A DNA stretch of 32,000 bases, from positions 1,920,001-1,952,000 of the forward strand of contig NC_017080.1 of assembly GCF_000284115.1 (NCBI RefSeq), written 5' to 3'. This stretch comes from Phycisphaera mikurensis NBRC 102666. Its GTDB lineage: Bacteria; Planctomycetota; Phycisphaerae; Phycisphaerales; Phycisphaeraceae. The translations under genes and the position numbers were made by a program. Below, one piece after another: positions 16,112 through 24,533 of the stretch (its first letter is position 1; every line of letters starts with the position of its first letter). The notes beneath the pieces are model-generated. The model made no database searches. It was given only the letters and a program-made list of their open reading frames with translations, and was not told where the DNA came from.

Positions 16112-18505
16112 TCACCCGCGCCGCGGCAGCGGCACCCGGAAGGCGTGCCGCCCGGGCGCGAGCTCGCGCTCCGCGCCGCCCTCGCCCACCGCCACCGCCG
16201 GGCACCCCTCCGGCACCACGCACCGGACCGCCGCGTGATCGCCGTCCACCCGCCAAACCACCTCCGCGCGGCCTCGTGGCGTGTGGAGCGTCGTCGTCGC
16301 GTGCGCCAGCCGCCGGTCCGGCCACGGCCGCACCCGCAAGCGCGGGCCGGCCTCCCCGTGGGCAAAGTCCAACCCGCCCACGCGCCGGTAGATCCAATCG
16401 CCCACCGCGCCGTAGGCGTAGTGGTTGAGGCTGTTCATCGTCAGGTCCACGAAGCCGCGCTCGGGGTGCCAGCTGTTCCACCGCTCCCACATCGTCGTGG
16501 CGCCCAGCGTCACCGGGTACAGCCAGCTCGGGTAGGTCTCCTTCAGCAGCAGGTCCACCGCCAAGTCGGTGCGGCCGCCCGCCTCGAGCACCGGGCACAA
16601 GAGCGGCGTGCCCAGGAAGCCCGTCGCGAGGTGGTGGTCACGCTCCGCCAGCAGGTCCAGGAGGTCGGCGAAGACCGCCGGCCGCGCCGCCTCGGGCACG
16701 AGGCCGAAGCCCAGCGCAAGCAGGTGCGCCGTCTGCGAGCGGGCCGTCAAGCGGGCGCCGCGGAGGTAGCGCCGCGCGAACGCCGCCCGCGCCGCCGTGG
16801 CGTCCGCCGCCGCCTCGGCGCGCTCGGCTTCGTGCCCGAGCACGCCCGCGACGCGGCCGAACACGTCCAGCGCGTTCGCGAAGAACGCCGCGGCGATCAG
16901 CGGGCGCGGCGTGCCGCTGGATAGGGGCGAGGCGGCGTCGCCATCGAGCGCCAGCCAGTCGCCGAAGCCCCCGAAGATGCCGTGGGCGGCCGGGTCGCGG
17001 AAGCCGCCCTCGCTGGTCCGCCTCTGGAAGTCGATCCAGCGGCGCGCCAGGTCCCAGCTCTCCGCCAGCCGCGCCTTGTCGCCGTAGGCGCGGTACGCCG
17101 CCCAGGGCACGGTCACCGCGGCGTCCGACCAGCCCGGCCCGCCGTCCTCGCGGTCGAGGACGTTGGGCACCACCGCCGGAACCGCACCCGCCTGCGGGCC
17201 CTCCCGCAGCTGCGCGTCCCCCACGTCGCGCATCCACTTGGTGAGGAAGCCCGACACGTCGCGGTGGAACGTCGCCGTCGGTGCGAAGACCTGGATGTCG
17301 CCGGTCCAACCCAGCCGCTCGTCCCGCTGCGGGCAGTCCGTGGGCACCTCCAGGAAGTTGCTCAGCAGGCCCCAGCCGATGTTCTCGTGCAGACGCTGCA
17401 GCAGCGTGTGGCCGGTTTGGAAGGTGCCGGTGCGGGGCATGTCGTTCGCCATCACCAGGCCGGTGAGGCTGCCAGCGTCCGGCGGATCGGCTCCGCCCGT
17501 GCCCGCCGCCGCGTGACGCGGGATCCCCCAGGACACCTCCGCGTAGCGGAAGCCGTGGAAGGTGAAGCGCGGCGTCCACGTCTCACCCGCCGGGTCGCCG
17601 CGGAGCACGTAGCCGTCGGTCGCCCGGGCGCTCCGCAGGTTCGAGACGTCCAGGTTGCCCGCCGGATCGAGCGCCTCGGCGAAGCGAATCCGGACCGCCA
17701 GACCCGCCGGCCCCCGAACGCGCAGCCGCGTCTTGCCCGTGAAGTTCTGCCCGAAGTCGAAGGCCCACGCCTCCCGGCCGTGCCCCGCCGCGACCTTCCG
17801 GGGTGCGGCCACCGGCGTCAGCTCCGCCACCACCCGCACCGGCGGGGCGGGGTTGTCGAAGATCCGCTCGGGCTCCACCGGCGGCCGGATCGCCTCCACC
17901 GGGCACCAGCTCGCCGAGCCGCCGCCGCCCGGCGTCGACCAGCCCGGGACCTCCCGCAGCGCGTCGTGGTGCTCGCCGTCGATGAGGTCCGCCGCCCGGA
18001 TCGGCCCCTCGGCCCACCGCCAGCCGTCCCCTTTGCCGCCGTTCGCCGCCGGGGGGCGGGTCGTCAGCACCCGCACGCGGCCGTCCGCCTCGTCCAGCAC
18101 CAGCGCCGCCCGCAGCGCCGGCCGCTGGCCCCAGAGCTGCCCGCGGTCCAGGTGCGCCACCCGCCCGGCGTACCAGCCGTCGCCGAGCACCGCCCCGAGC
18201 GTGTGGTCCCCCGCGTCCAGCCGCGCCGCCAGGTCGTGGCGCTGCACGTGGACGCGGTGGCCGTAGTCCGTCCAGCCCGGCTGCAGGAGGTCCACGCCCA
18301 GCCGCTGCCCGTCCAGCTCCGCCTCGTAGACGCCCAGCGCCGTGATCCAGAGCGTCGCGTGCCGCGGCCGGGCCGCCAGCGTGAAGTTCAGCCGCATCAG
18401 CGGGGCCGGCACCCCCACCATCGCCGTCCCGCGGATCGGCGTGCCCACCCAAGCCGCCTGCGCGAGCGCCGCCCGCCCCGTGTCGCCGGCCGGTGAGGGT
18501 CCCAT
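16112..18505 (-). CDS. Alpha-L-rhamnosidase, glycoside hydrolase family 78
   Basis: The ATG at 18505-18503 gives MGPSPAGDTGRAALAQAAWVGTPI. The product contains the GH78 hallmark DCPQRDERLGWTGD, plus FHGFRYAEV and HYAYGAVGDW. The remaining 690 upstream codons of the 1487 aa ORF are antisense to ctaA/ctaB and are junk. Confidence 0.9.
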   Translation of the reverse strand: MGPSPAGDTGRAALAQAAWVGTPIRGTAMVGVPAPLMRLNFTLAARPRHATLWITALGVYEAELDGQRLGVDLLQPGWTDYGHRVHVQRHDLAARLDAGDHTLGAVLGDGWYAGRVAHLDRGQLWGQRPALRAALVLDEADGRVRVLTTRPPAANGGKGDGWRWAEGPIRAADLIDGEHHDALREVPGWSTPGGGGSASWCPVEAIRPPVEPERIFDNPAPPVRVVAELTPVAAPRKVAAGHGREAWAFDFGQNFTGKTRLRVRGPAGLAVRIRFAEALDPAGNLDVSNLRSARATDGYVLRGDPAGETWTPRFTFHGFRYAEVSWGIPRHAAAGTGGADPPDAGSLTGLVMANDMPRTGTFQTGHTLLQRLHENIGWGLLSNFLEVPTDCPQRDERLGWTGDIQVFAPTATFHRDVSGFLTKWMRDVGDAQLREGPQAGAVPAVVPNVLDREDGGPGWSDAAVTVPWAAYRAYGDKARLAESWDLARRWIDFQRRTSEGGFRDPAAHGIFGGFGDWLALDGDAASPLSSGTPRPLIAAAFFANALDVFGRVAGVLGHEAERAEAAADATAARAAFARRYLRGARLTARSQTAHLLALGFGLVPEAARPAVFADLLDLLAERDHHLATGFLGTPLLCPVLEAGGRTDLAVDLLLKETYPSWLYPVTLGATTMWERWNSWHPERGFVDLTMNSLNHYAYGAVGDWIYRRVGGLDFAHGEAGPRLRVRPWPDRRLAHATTTLHTPRGRAEVVWRVDGDHAAVRCVVPEGCPAVAVGEGGAERELAPGRHAFRVPLPRRG

Positions 18506-18745
18506 CAGCGTCGACCGCCGGCGCTTCGCGTGCCCGACCGGGCGGGAATCGGGTTCAACCGGCCGTCGGGCATCACGAGAACCTAACAGGAGCGGGAGCC
18601 GCGGCGGGCGGCGATCCGGGTCGCGGGCCCGACGGGGCCAGGCGGGTGCGGGGTCGCTCCGGGGCCCACGGACCGCCGCGGATGGCCGCTGCGGGCGCCC
18701 AGAAGCGGCGGCGGTCCGCGGGTCGGGCGGACCTACGCTGGGCCC

Positions 18746-19966
18746 ATGCGCCGCGACGCCGACACCATGCCGGTCTCTCCGACGGTTCCGCGCTTCCGCG
18801 GGTGGCTGTTCGCGCTGGCGTGCGGGCTCGTCCTGGTGACGGCGGTGATGATCTTCATCGGCGGCAAGGTCACCAGCCACGAGGTGGGGATGGCGGTGCC
18901 GGACGGATTCGAGACCTTCGGGCACTGGTCGCTGGTCGCGCCGCTGAACCTGTGGTGGCACGACTTCGGCACGCGGTGGGAGCACCTGCACCGGCTGCAG
19001 GGCTACGTCGTGAGCTTCACGACGCTCGGCCTGTTGATCGCGCTGTGCTTCGCGGGGGTCCGCGACAAGCGGAAGGGACTGATCGTGGCGGGCGTGGCGC
19101 TGTCGGCGGGCGTGATCCTGCAGGCGCTCCTGGGGATCCTGCGGGTCGACGAGGTCTCCCGCGCCCTGGCGGGCGTGCACGGGGTGGTCGGGCAGCTGTT
19201 CTTCGCCGCAACGGTGCTGACGGCGGTGCTGGTGGGGCCGGGGTGGACGCGCCGCCTGGCCGCGGTGCGGCGGGGCGAGGCGGCGCGGCGGCGGTGGCCG
19301 ACCGGTGCGCTGGTGCTGCTGGTGGCCCTGGTGGGGCAGCTGGTGCTCGGCTCGGCCGTGCGGCACGCAGGGGCGGGCGAGGCGATCCCCGATTGGCCGC
19401 TGCATTACGGCCAGGTCGTGCCGCCGATGGACCAGGCGGGCGTGGACGCGGCGGTCGACGAGGCCTGGGCGGCGGGGGACTTCGGCGGGACTTTCGAGAT
19501 GACGCGGGTGACCGGCACGGGCGCGGTGGAGACGGTGAGCTCGCGCCCGGCGGTCGAGGCCGGTCAGGTGCACCTGCACCTGACCCACCGCCTGGGGGCG
19601 TACGCCATCACGCTGTTCACGCTGGTGCTGGTCGGCTGGACGCTGCGTCGGGATGCGGGCGTTGCCGCGGCGGAGCCGGGCGCGGCGACGGCGGGGGTGT
19701 CGGCCGGGCTGGTGGTTCTGCTGGCGCTGCAGGTCGCGCTGGGCGTGGCGACGGTGCTCGGGCACGTGCACCCCACGCTGGCGACGCTGCACCAGTCCAC
19801 CGGGGCGCTGCTGCTGGGCCTGGCGGTGGTCTTCGCGGCGCGGAGCTCGGCGGCGATCGCGGCGCGGCGGGCGCTGCCCGCGTCGGCTCGGGCGGACGCG
19901 GCGACACCGTCGGCGGGCGGCCCGGGCTGGACCGGGGCCGGGAGCCTCGCCGGGAGCGTGAACTAG
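18746..19966 (+). CDS. ctaA: Heme A synthase (COX15/CtaA family)
   Basis: The 406 aa polytopic protein has the paired His-containing halves typical of CtaA (WEHLHRLQGY, GVHGVVGQL, HLHLTHRLGAY, LATLHQSTGALL). It is followed directly by ctaB. An alternative start is ATG 18767. Confidence 0.8.
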   Translation: MRRDADTMPVSPTVPRFRGWLFALACGLVLVTAVMIFIGGKVTSHEVGMAVPDGFETFGHWSLVAPLNLWWHDFGTRWEHLHRLQGYVVSFTTLGLLIALCFAGVRDKRKGLIVAGVALSAGVILQALLGILRVDEVSRALAGVHGVVGQLFFAATVLTAVLVGPGWTRRLAAVRRGEAARRRWPTGALVLLVALVGQLVLGSAVRHAGAGEAIPDWPLHYGQVVPPMDQAGVDAAVDEAWAAGDFGGTFEMTRVTGTGAVETVSSRPAVEAGQVHLHLTHRLGAYAITLFTLVLVGWTLRRDAGVAAAEPGAATAGVSAGLVVLLALQVALGVATVLGHVHPTLATLHQSTGALLLGLAVVFAARSSAAIAARRALPASARADAATPSAGGPGWTGAGSLAGSVN

Positions 19967-20902
19967 GTGCAGGCCCACGCCGCCTCCGAGCGCACGCGGA
20001 CGCCGGCCGCGCGGGCGGTGGCCTGGTCGGACTGGGTGGCGCTCACGAAGCCGCGGATCACGCGGATGGTGGTCGTCACGGCGGGGCTCGGCTTCCTGAT
20101 GGCCACCCTCGCGGGCGCAACGTGGACCTGGGCGGGGCTGCTGGGCACGCTGGCGGGCACGGCGGCGAGCTGCGCGGCGGCGGGGGTGTGGAACCAGGTG
20201 ATCGAGCGGGAGGCGGACGCGCGGATGAGCCGCACGCGCTCGCGGCCCGTGGCGGCGGGTCGGGTCTCGCCGCGCGACGCGACGGGCTTCGCCGCGGTGC
20301 TGGCGGTGCTCGGCCAGGGCCTGCTGTGCACCTTCGGCACGCCGCTGGCCTCGGCGCTGGCGGCCGCCACGATCGTCCTCTACGTCGGGCCGTACACGCT
20401 GCTGAAGCCGAAGACTCCGGCGTCGCTGTGGGTCGGGGCGGTGCCGGGGGCGTTGCCGCCGGTCATCGGCTTCGCGGCGGCGAGCGCGGGCTTGGCGGGA
20501 ACGCCCTGGTATGGCGCCACCTCCGCCGCGGTGTGGTGGGTCTTCGGGGTCATGTTCTTCTGGCAGATCCCGCACTTCCTCGCCATCGCCTGGAAGCTGC
20601 GGGACGACTACGCGGCGGGCGGGCTGGCGATGCTGCCGGTGGTGGACCCCGGCGGCCGGCGCACGGGCCGGCAGGCGGTGGCCGGGGCGGCGCTGCTGCT
20701 GGCGTGCGTCCTCACGCCCGCAGCGACGGGAACGCTGGCGGTCTGGGCGGCGGTGCCCTGTGCCCTCGCGGCCGCGGCGTACCTGGGCCTCGCCGCGGCC
20801 TTCGCCAAGGGGCTGGATCCGGTCGCGACGCGGCGGCTGTTCCTCGCGTCGCTGGCGGTGCTGCCGCTGATGCTGGCGCTCTTCGCGGTGGGGGCTCTGT
20901 GA
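19967..20902 (+). CDS. ctaB: Protoheme IX farnesyltransferase (heme O synthase)
   Basis: The GTG start lies immediately after the ctaA TAG stop (19964-19966). UbiA-family motifs are present: LTKPRI, NQVIEREADARMSRTRSRPVAAG, FFWQIPHFLAIAW. Confidence 0.9.
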   Translation: MQAHAASERTRTPAARAVAWSDWVALTKPRITRMVVVTAGLGFLMATLAGATWTWAGLLGTLAGTAASCAAAGVWNQVIEREADARMSRTRSRPVAAGRVSPRDATGFAAVLAVLGQGLLCTFGTPLASALAAATIVLYVGPYTLLKPKTPASLWVGAVPGALPPVIGFAAASAGLAGTPWYGATSAAVWWVFGVMFFWQIPHFLAIAWKLRDDYAAGGLAMLPVVDPGGRRTGRQAVAGAALLLACVLTPAATGTLAVWAAVPCALAAAAYLGLAAAFAKGLDPVATRRLFLASLAVLPLMLALFAVGAL

Positions 20903-21912
20903 GCGACGCCGCGCCGCCCGCCGTGCTCGTCGAGGGCCTGCGTCACGCTTACGCCGGCGGGCGGGAGGCGCTGCGTGGCGTCGGGTTCCGCGTCGAGCCC
21001 GGCGAGATCGCCGCGTTGCTGGGCCCCAACGGCAGCGGCAAGAGCACCGCCTTCCGGATCCTCGCGACGCTGATGAGGCCCGCCGCGGCGGCGGGTCCGT
21101 CCGGCCGGGTGGAGGTCTTCGGCGCTTGCCCCTGGGAGAACCCTCACGCGGTGCGGGAGAAGATTGGCGTCGTCTTCCAAAGCCCCAGCCTCGACGGCGA
21201 GCTGACGGCGGAGGAGAACCTCCGCTGCCAGGGCAGGCTGCAGGGGCTGCGTGGGGCGTCGCTCCGGGAGGCGGTGGGGCTGGGGCTGGAGCGGGCCGGA
21301 CTGGTGGCGCGGCGTGGCGACCGGGTCCGCGGCTTCTCCGGCGGCATGAAGCGGCGGCTGGAGGTGGCCAAGGCGATGCTGCACGGGCCCGAGCTTTTGC
21401 TGCTCGACGAGCCCGACGCGGGGCTGGACCCGGCGGCGCGGGCGACGCTCTGGGAGCAGCTCGACGCGCTGCGGCACGGGGCGGGCGCCACGGTGTTGCT
21501 GACCACCCACCTGATGGATCTGGCGGCGCGGGCCGACCGGCTGGTGCTGCTCGACCGCGGGTCGGTGGTGCGGACCGGGACCGCGGCGGAGTTGGTGGAC
21601 GCGGCCGGCGGCGAGGCGGTCCGGCTGGAGCCGGCCGATGGCGACGCGGCGGCCCTGGCCGATGACCTCCGGGGCGAGGCGGGGCTCAGCCGGCTCCGGG
21701 TGCTCCCGCACGGCCCGCGGCCGGCGCTGCGGCTGCGGAGGGCGGACGCGGCGGCGTGGGTGCTCGGGTTGCGGGAACGCTGGCCGGACCGCTTCAGCCG
21801 CGTGAGCTACGGCCCGGCGACGCTGGAGGACGCCTTCGTCGAGCTCATCGAGCCCGCGGCCGAGGTGGAGCCGGCCCCGCCCGCGAGGCGGGGCCGCGGG
21901 CGGGGCCGGTGA
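20899..21912 (+). CDS. ABC transporter ATP-binding protein (ABC-2/DrrA-CcmA type), with no cognate permease in the window
   Basis: GTG 20899 overlaps the ctaB stop (GTGA). It carries Walker A GPNGSGKST, a Q-loop, signature FSGGMKRRL, Walker B LLLLDEPDAGLD and an H-loop TTHLM. A C-terminal extension of about 100 aa resembles that of ABC-2 ATPases. Confidence 0.85.
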   Translation: MSDAAPPAVLVEGLRHAYAGGREALRGVGFRVEPGEIAALLGPNGSGKSTAFRILATLMRPAAAAGPSGRVEVFGACPWENPHAVREKIGVVFQSPSLDGELTAEENLRCQGRLQGLRGASLREAVGLGLERAGLVARRGDRVRGFSGGMKRRLEVAKAMLHGPELLLLDEPDAGLDPAARATLWEQLDALRHGAGATVLLTTHLMDLAARADRLVLLDRGSVVRTGTAAELVDAAGGEAVRLEPADGDAAALADDLRGEAGLSRLRVLPHGPRPALRLRRADAAAWVLGLRERWPDRFSRVSYGPATLEDAFVELIEPAAEVEPAPPARRGRGRGR

Positions 21913-23267
21913 CCGGGGGGAGCGCCTTCGGCGGGCCGCGACGCGTGATCGGGCATCCGCGGACCGCCGGCCTTTCGCCGGTCGCGGCGCTGCGGTCCGC
22001 GGATTCCGCCGGCGACCGGGCATTCCTGCTGCACTCCGGGCGGTACGACGCGGCGCACGCGCGCTACAGCGTGCTGGCGCGGGCGGACGGGGCGGTGCGT
22101 TGGTCGGAGGGCGACGCGGCGGACCCCTTCGACCAACTCGGGGCCGCCGCGGGCGACGGCGCCCTGTGGCTGGGCTTCCTCGGCTACGACCTGGCGCGGC
22201 GGGTGGAGCGTCTCCCCGGCGGGGCCGTCGGCGACCGGGCCTGGCCGGGGCTCGCGTTCCACCGCTGCCCCGGCTGGTTGGAGCACGACGCCGCGGCGCC
22301 GCCCGGATCCCGGTGGGCCGCTTGCGGCGAGCTGGCGGGCACGCCCGACGACGAGCTGGTGCGGATCTTCGGCCTCGGCGAGGGCCTCGCCGCCGCGGGC
22401 TTCGCCGCCGGCCCGGCCGCCGCGGACCGGCCCGGAGCCGAACACGCCGCGGCGGTCGCCGCGGCGCTGGGCTACGTCGCCGCGGGCGACGTCTTCCAGG
22501 TGAACGTGGCCCGCCGCTGGGGCGGGAGCTTCCGGGGGAGCACGGCTGCGCTCTACGCGGCGCTGGCCGAAGCGGCCGGGCCCTGGTACGGGGCCCACCT
22601 CCCCTGCCCGGGCCTCGGGCGCCTCGCGGACGCGGCGCTGTGCTCCGCCTCGCCGGAGCTGTTCCTGGAGGTGGAGCCCGGGGGCTGGGTCACGACGCGG
22701 CCGATCAAGGGCACCGAAGCCGCGGGCGGAGCCGGGCTCGAGGCGTCCTCCAAGGACGCGGCCGAGCTGGCGATGATCGTCGACCTGCTGCGCAACGACC
22801 TGGGCCGGGTGTGCCGGCCGGGGTCGATGGCGGTGCCGGTGCCGCGGGCGGTGGAGGACCACCCCACCGTGCGGCACGGCGTGGCGACGGTGCGCGGTCG
22901 GCTGCGGGCGGAGGCGGACCTCGCGGACCTGCTGCGGGCCACCTGGCCGGGCGGCTCGGTCACGGGGGCGCCCAAGGTGCGGGCGATGGAGATCATCGAC
23001 GAGCTCGAGCCGGTCCGGCGGGGGCCGGCCTACGGCGCGATCGGCGGGATCCGGCGGGACCCCGCCGCGGCCGCCGCGGGCGAGGGCTGGCGCGTGCGCC
23101 TGAACCTGGCGATCCGCACCCTGTGCGTCGCCAACGGCCGCTACGACTTCCACGTGGGCGGCGGGATCGTCGCCGGATCGCATCCCGCGGACGAGCTGGC
23201 CGAGACGCACGTCAAGGCCGCCGCGATGCTCGCGGCGTTGCGTTGCGGGGCGGGCAGCCCCGGCTGA
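21909..23267 (+). CDS. pabB: Chorismate-binding enzyme, aminodeoxychorismate synthase component I-like
   Basis: GTG 21909 overlaps the ABC ATPase stop (GTGA). Motifs are SPELFLEV, TRPIKGT (the Lys in PIKGT is characteristic of PabB rather than TrpE), AELAMIVDLLRNDL, PGGSVTGAPK and GGGIVAGS. Confidence 0.75.
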   Translation: MTGGSAFGGPRRVIGHPRTAGLSPVAALRSADSAGDRAFLLHSGRYDAAHARYSVLARADGAVRWSEGDAADPFDQLGAAAGDGALWLGFLGYDLARRVERLPGGAVGDRAWPGLAFHRCPGWLEHDAAAPPGSRWAACGELAGTPDDELVRIFGLGEGLAAAGFAAGPAAADRPGAEHAAAVAAALGYVAAGDVFQVNVARRWGGSFRGSTAALYAALAEAAGPWYGAHLPCPGLGRLADAALCSASPELFLEVEPGGWVTTRPIKGTEAAGGAGLEASSKDAAELAMIVDLLRNDLGRVCRPGSMAVPVPRAVEDHPTVRHGVATVRGRLRAEADLADLLRATWPGGSVTGAPKVRAMEIIDELEPVRRGPAYGAIGGIRRDPAAAAAGEGWRVRLNLAIRTLCVANGRYDFHVGGGIVAGSHPADELAETHVKAAAMLAALRCGAGSPG

Positions 23268-23332
23268 GCGATGCGCAGCCTGCGGGCGGCGGCGGCACCG
23301 GGCCGCTCGCCGGCGTCCCGCCGCTGCCGCGA

Positions 23333-24289
23333 TCACTCGGGCGCTTCGAGCGTGCGCAGCGAGAGGCCCGCGGCGACCAGCTTCTCCTTGATCTCATCGA
23401 GCGTGGTGGCGCCGAAGTTCTTCACGCCCATCAGCTCCGCTTCGGTCATCATGACCAGGTCGCCGAGGCTGTCGACGCTGAGCAAGGCGAGGGCCTTGCG
23501 GGCCCGCACCGAGAGGTCCAGCTCGCCGACGCTCCGCTCCATCAGGTTGCCCTCGCCGGACTCGGCCTCGACCTCGGAAAGCCGCTCCTCGCGGGCCTTC
23601 TCCTGCGCCCGCTCGAGGTCCTGGCCCAGCCGCAGCCCCTTCTGGGCGAGCATCGACTTGATCTCGTCGATGCTGGCCTCGCCGAAGTTCTTGTAGCTGC
23701 GCAGCTCGGCCTCGGACACGCGGAGGAGGTCGCCGAGGGTCTTGATGTCCATCTTGCGCAGGCTGTTGCGCGTTCGGTAGTCCATCTCGAAGTCCGTCAC
23801 CGGCACGTCGAGCAGGGCGGCGTGGCGATCGTCCCGCTTCTCCTGGTCGTCGTCGATGACCATCTCGCGCGAGGCGAGGATGTCCTTAATGAACAGCCGG
23901 GCCCGGGCGTGGTTGGGGTCGGTCGCCAGCACCTGGCGGACGCAGCGCTCGGCCTGGGGCAGCTTGCCGCGGTCCTCGTAGAGCACGGCGAGGTTGATGA
24001 GCGCGTGCAGCGGCGCTTGCGGGGTGCGGACGCACTCCTCGTAGAGGTGGATCGCCTCGTCCTCCTCGCCGAGCAGGTCGAGGTTGTAGGCCAGGCGGAA
24101 GCTGATGTTCGCGTCGTCGGGGTCGGCCGCGTAGGCGGCTTCGTACTTCTCGACGGCGCCGACGCGGTCGCCCGCGTCCTCGAGCTTCTGGCCCTCGCCG
24201 AAGGCCTTGCCCGCGGCGGCGCTGTCGCGGAAGTCGCCCTCGGCGGCGGTCTCGTCGGTGGAAGGGGTCGTTGCTTCGGATTCGGCCAT
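23333..24289 (-). CDS. TPR-repeat protein with two RNA polymerase alpha-subunit C-terminal-domain-like (helix-hairpin-helix) modules
   Basis: The ATG at 24289-24287 gives MAESEATTPS. The N-terminal half is TPR-like (AVEKYEAAYAADPDDANISFRLAYN, LAVLYEDRGKLPQAERCVRQVLATDPNH). Two repeats follow that match the alpha-CTD pattern (RTRNSLRKMDIKTLGDLLRVSEAELRSYKNFGEASIDEIKSML and VRARKALALLSVDSLGDLVMMTEAELMGVKNFGATTLDEIKEKL). Confidence 0.75.
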   Translation of the reverse strand: MAESEATTPSTDETAAEGDFRDSAAAGKAFGEGQKLEDAGDRVGAVEKYEAAYAADPDDANISFRLAYNLDLLGEEDEAIHLYEECVRTPQAPLHALINLAVLYEDRGKLPQAERCVRQVLATDPNHARARLFIKDILASREMVIDDDQEKRDDRHAALLDVPVTDFEMDYRTRNSLRKMDIKTLGDLLRVSEAELRSYKNFGEASIDEIKSMLAQKGLRLGQDLERAQEKAREERLSEVEAESGEGNLMERSVGELDLSVRARKALALLSVDSLGDLVMMTEAELMGVKNFGATTLDEIKEKLVAAGLSLRTLEAPE

Positions 24290-24292
24290 GGC

Positions 24293-24349
24293 GGGGCTCC
24301 GGGGCGGGGCGGGTAAGCGGGGCGGGGGGCGGGCCCGCCGGGGGGCGGG
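24293..24349 (+). other. Dense strand-asymmetric G-tract cluster (G-quadruplex-capable) in a divergent promoter region
   Basis: At least nine runs of 3 or more G within 57 nt on the + strand, read directly: GGGGCTCCGGGGCGGGGCGGGTAAGCGGGGCGGGGGGCGGGCCCGCCGGGGGGCGGG. It begins 4 nt from the start codon of the minus-strand alpha-CTD/TPR gene. Confidence 0.7.
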
Positions 24350-24533
24350 ATCGCCGGGAAGCACCGGGAACGGGGAGGACGCGGCGCCGCGAGGCGCACG
24401 AGCGGACCCCGCCCGCCGGGCGCAGGGCGAGGAGGCTAGGCCGGTTGCCGCCGACCCGCAAGGCGAGGTAGGCTGCTTCACCCGAGGCGGAGCGGCCCCC
24501 CGCGTCTCCTCCGCCCGGACCCCCAGACCCGTT

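Noticed and set aside
18506-20575. Upstream 690 codons of the 1487 aa ORF containing the GH78 rhamnosidase
   Set aside because: It runs antisense through ctaA and ctaB and is Arg/Pro/His-rich junk. GH78 similarity starts at the ATG at 18505.
18493-20898. Upstream part of the 1139 aa plus-strand ORF 18493..21912
   Set aside because: Only the last 337 codons (from GTG 20899) are an ABC ATPase. The remainder is an out-of-frame shadow over ctaA/ctaB.
23268-23332. GC-rich partial inverted repeats between convergent pabB and the alpha-CTD gene as a bidirectional terminator
   Set aside because: Pairings such as GCAGC/GCTGC and GCGGCGG/CCGCCGC exist. They are imperfect and are expected by chance in sequence this GC-rich, so I did not call a feature.
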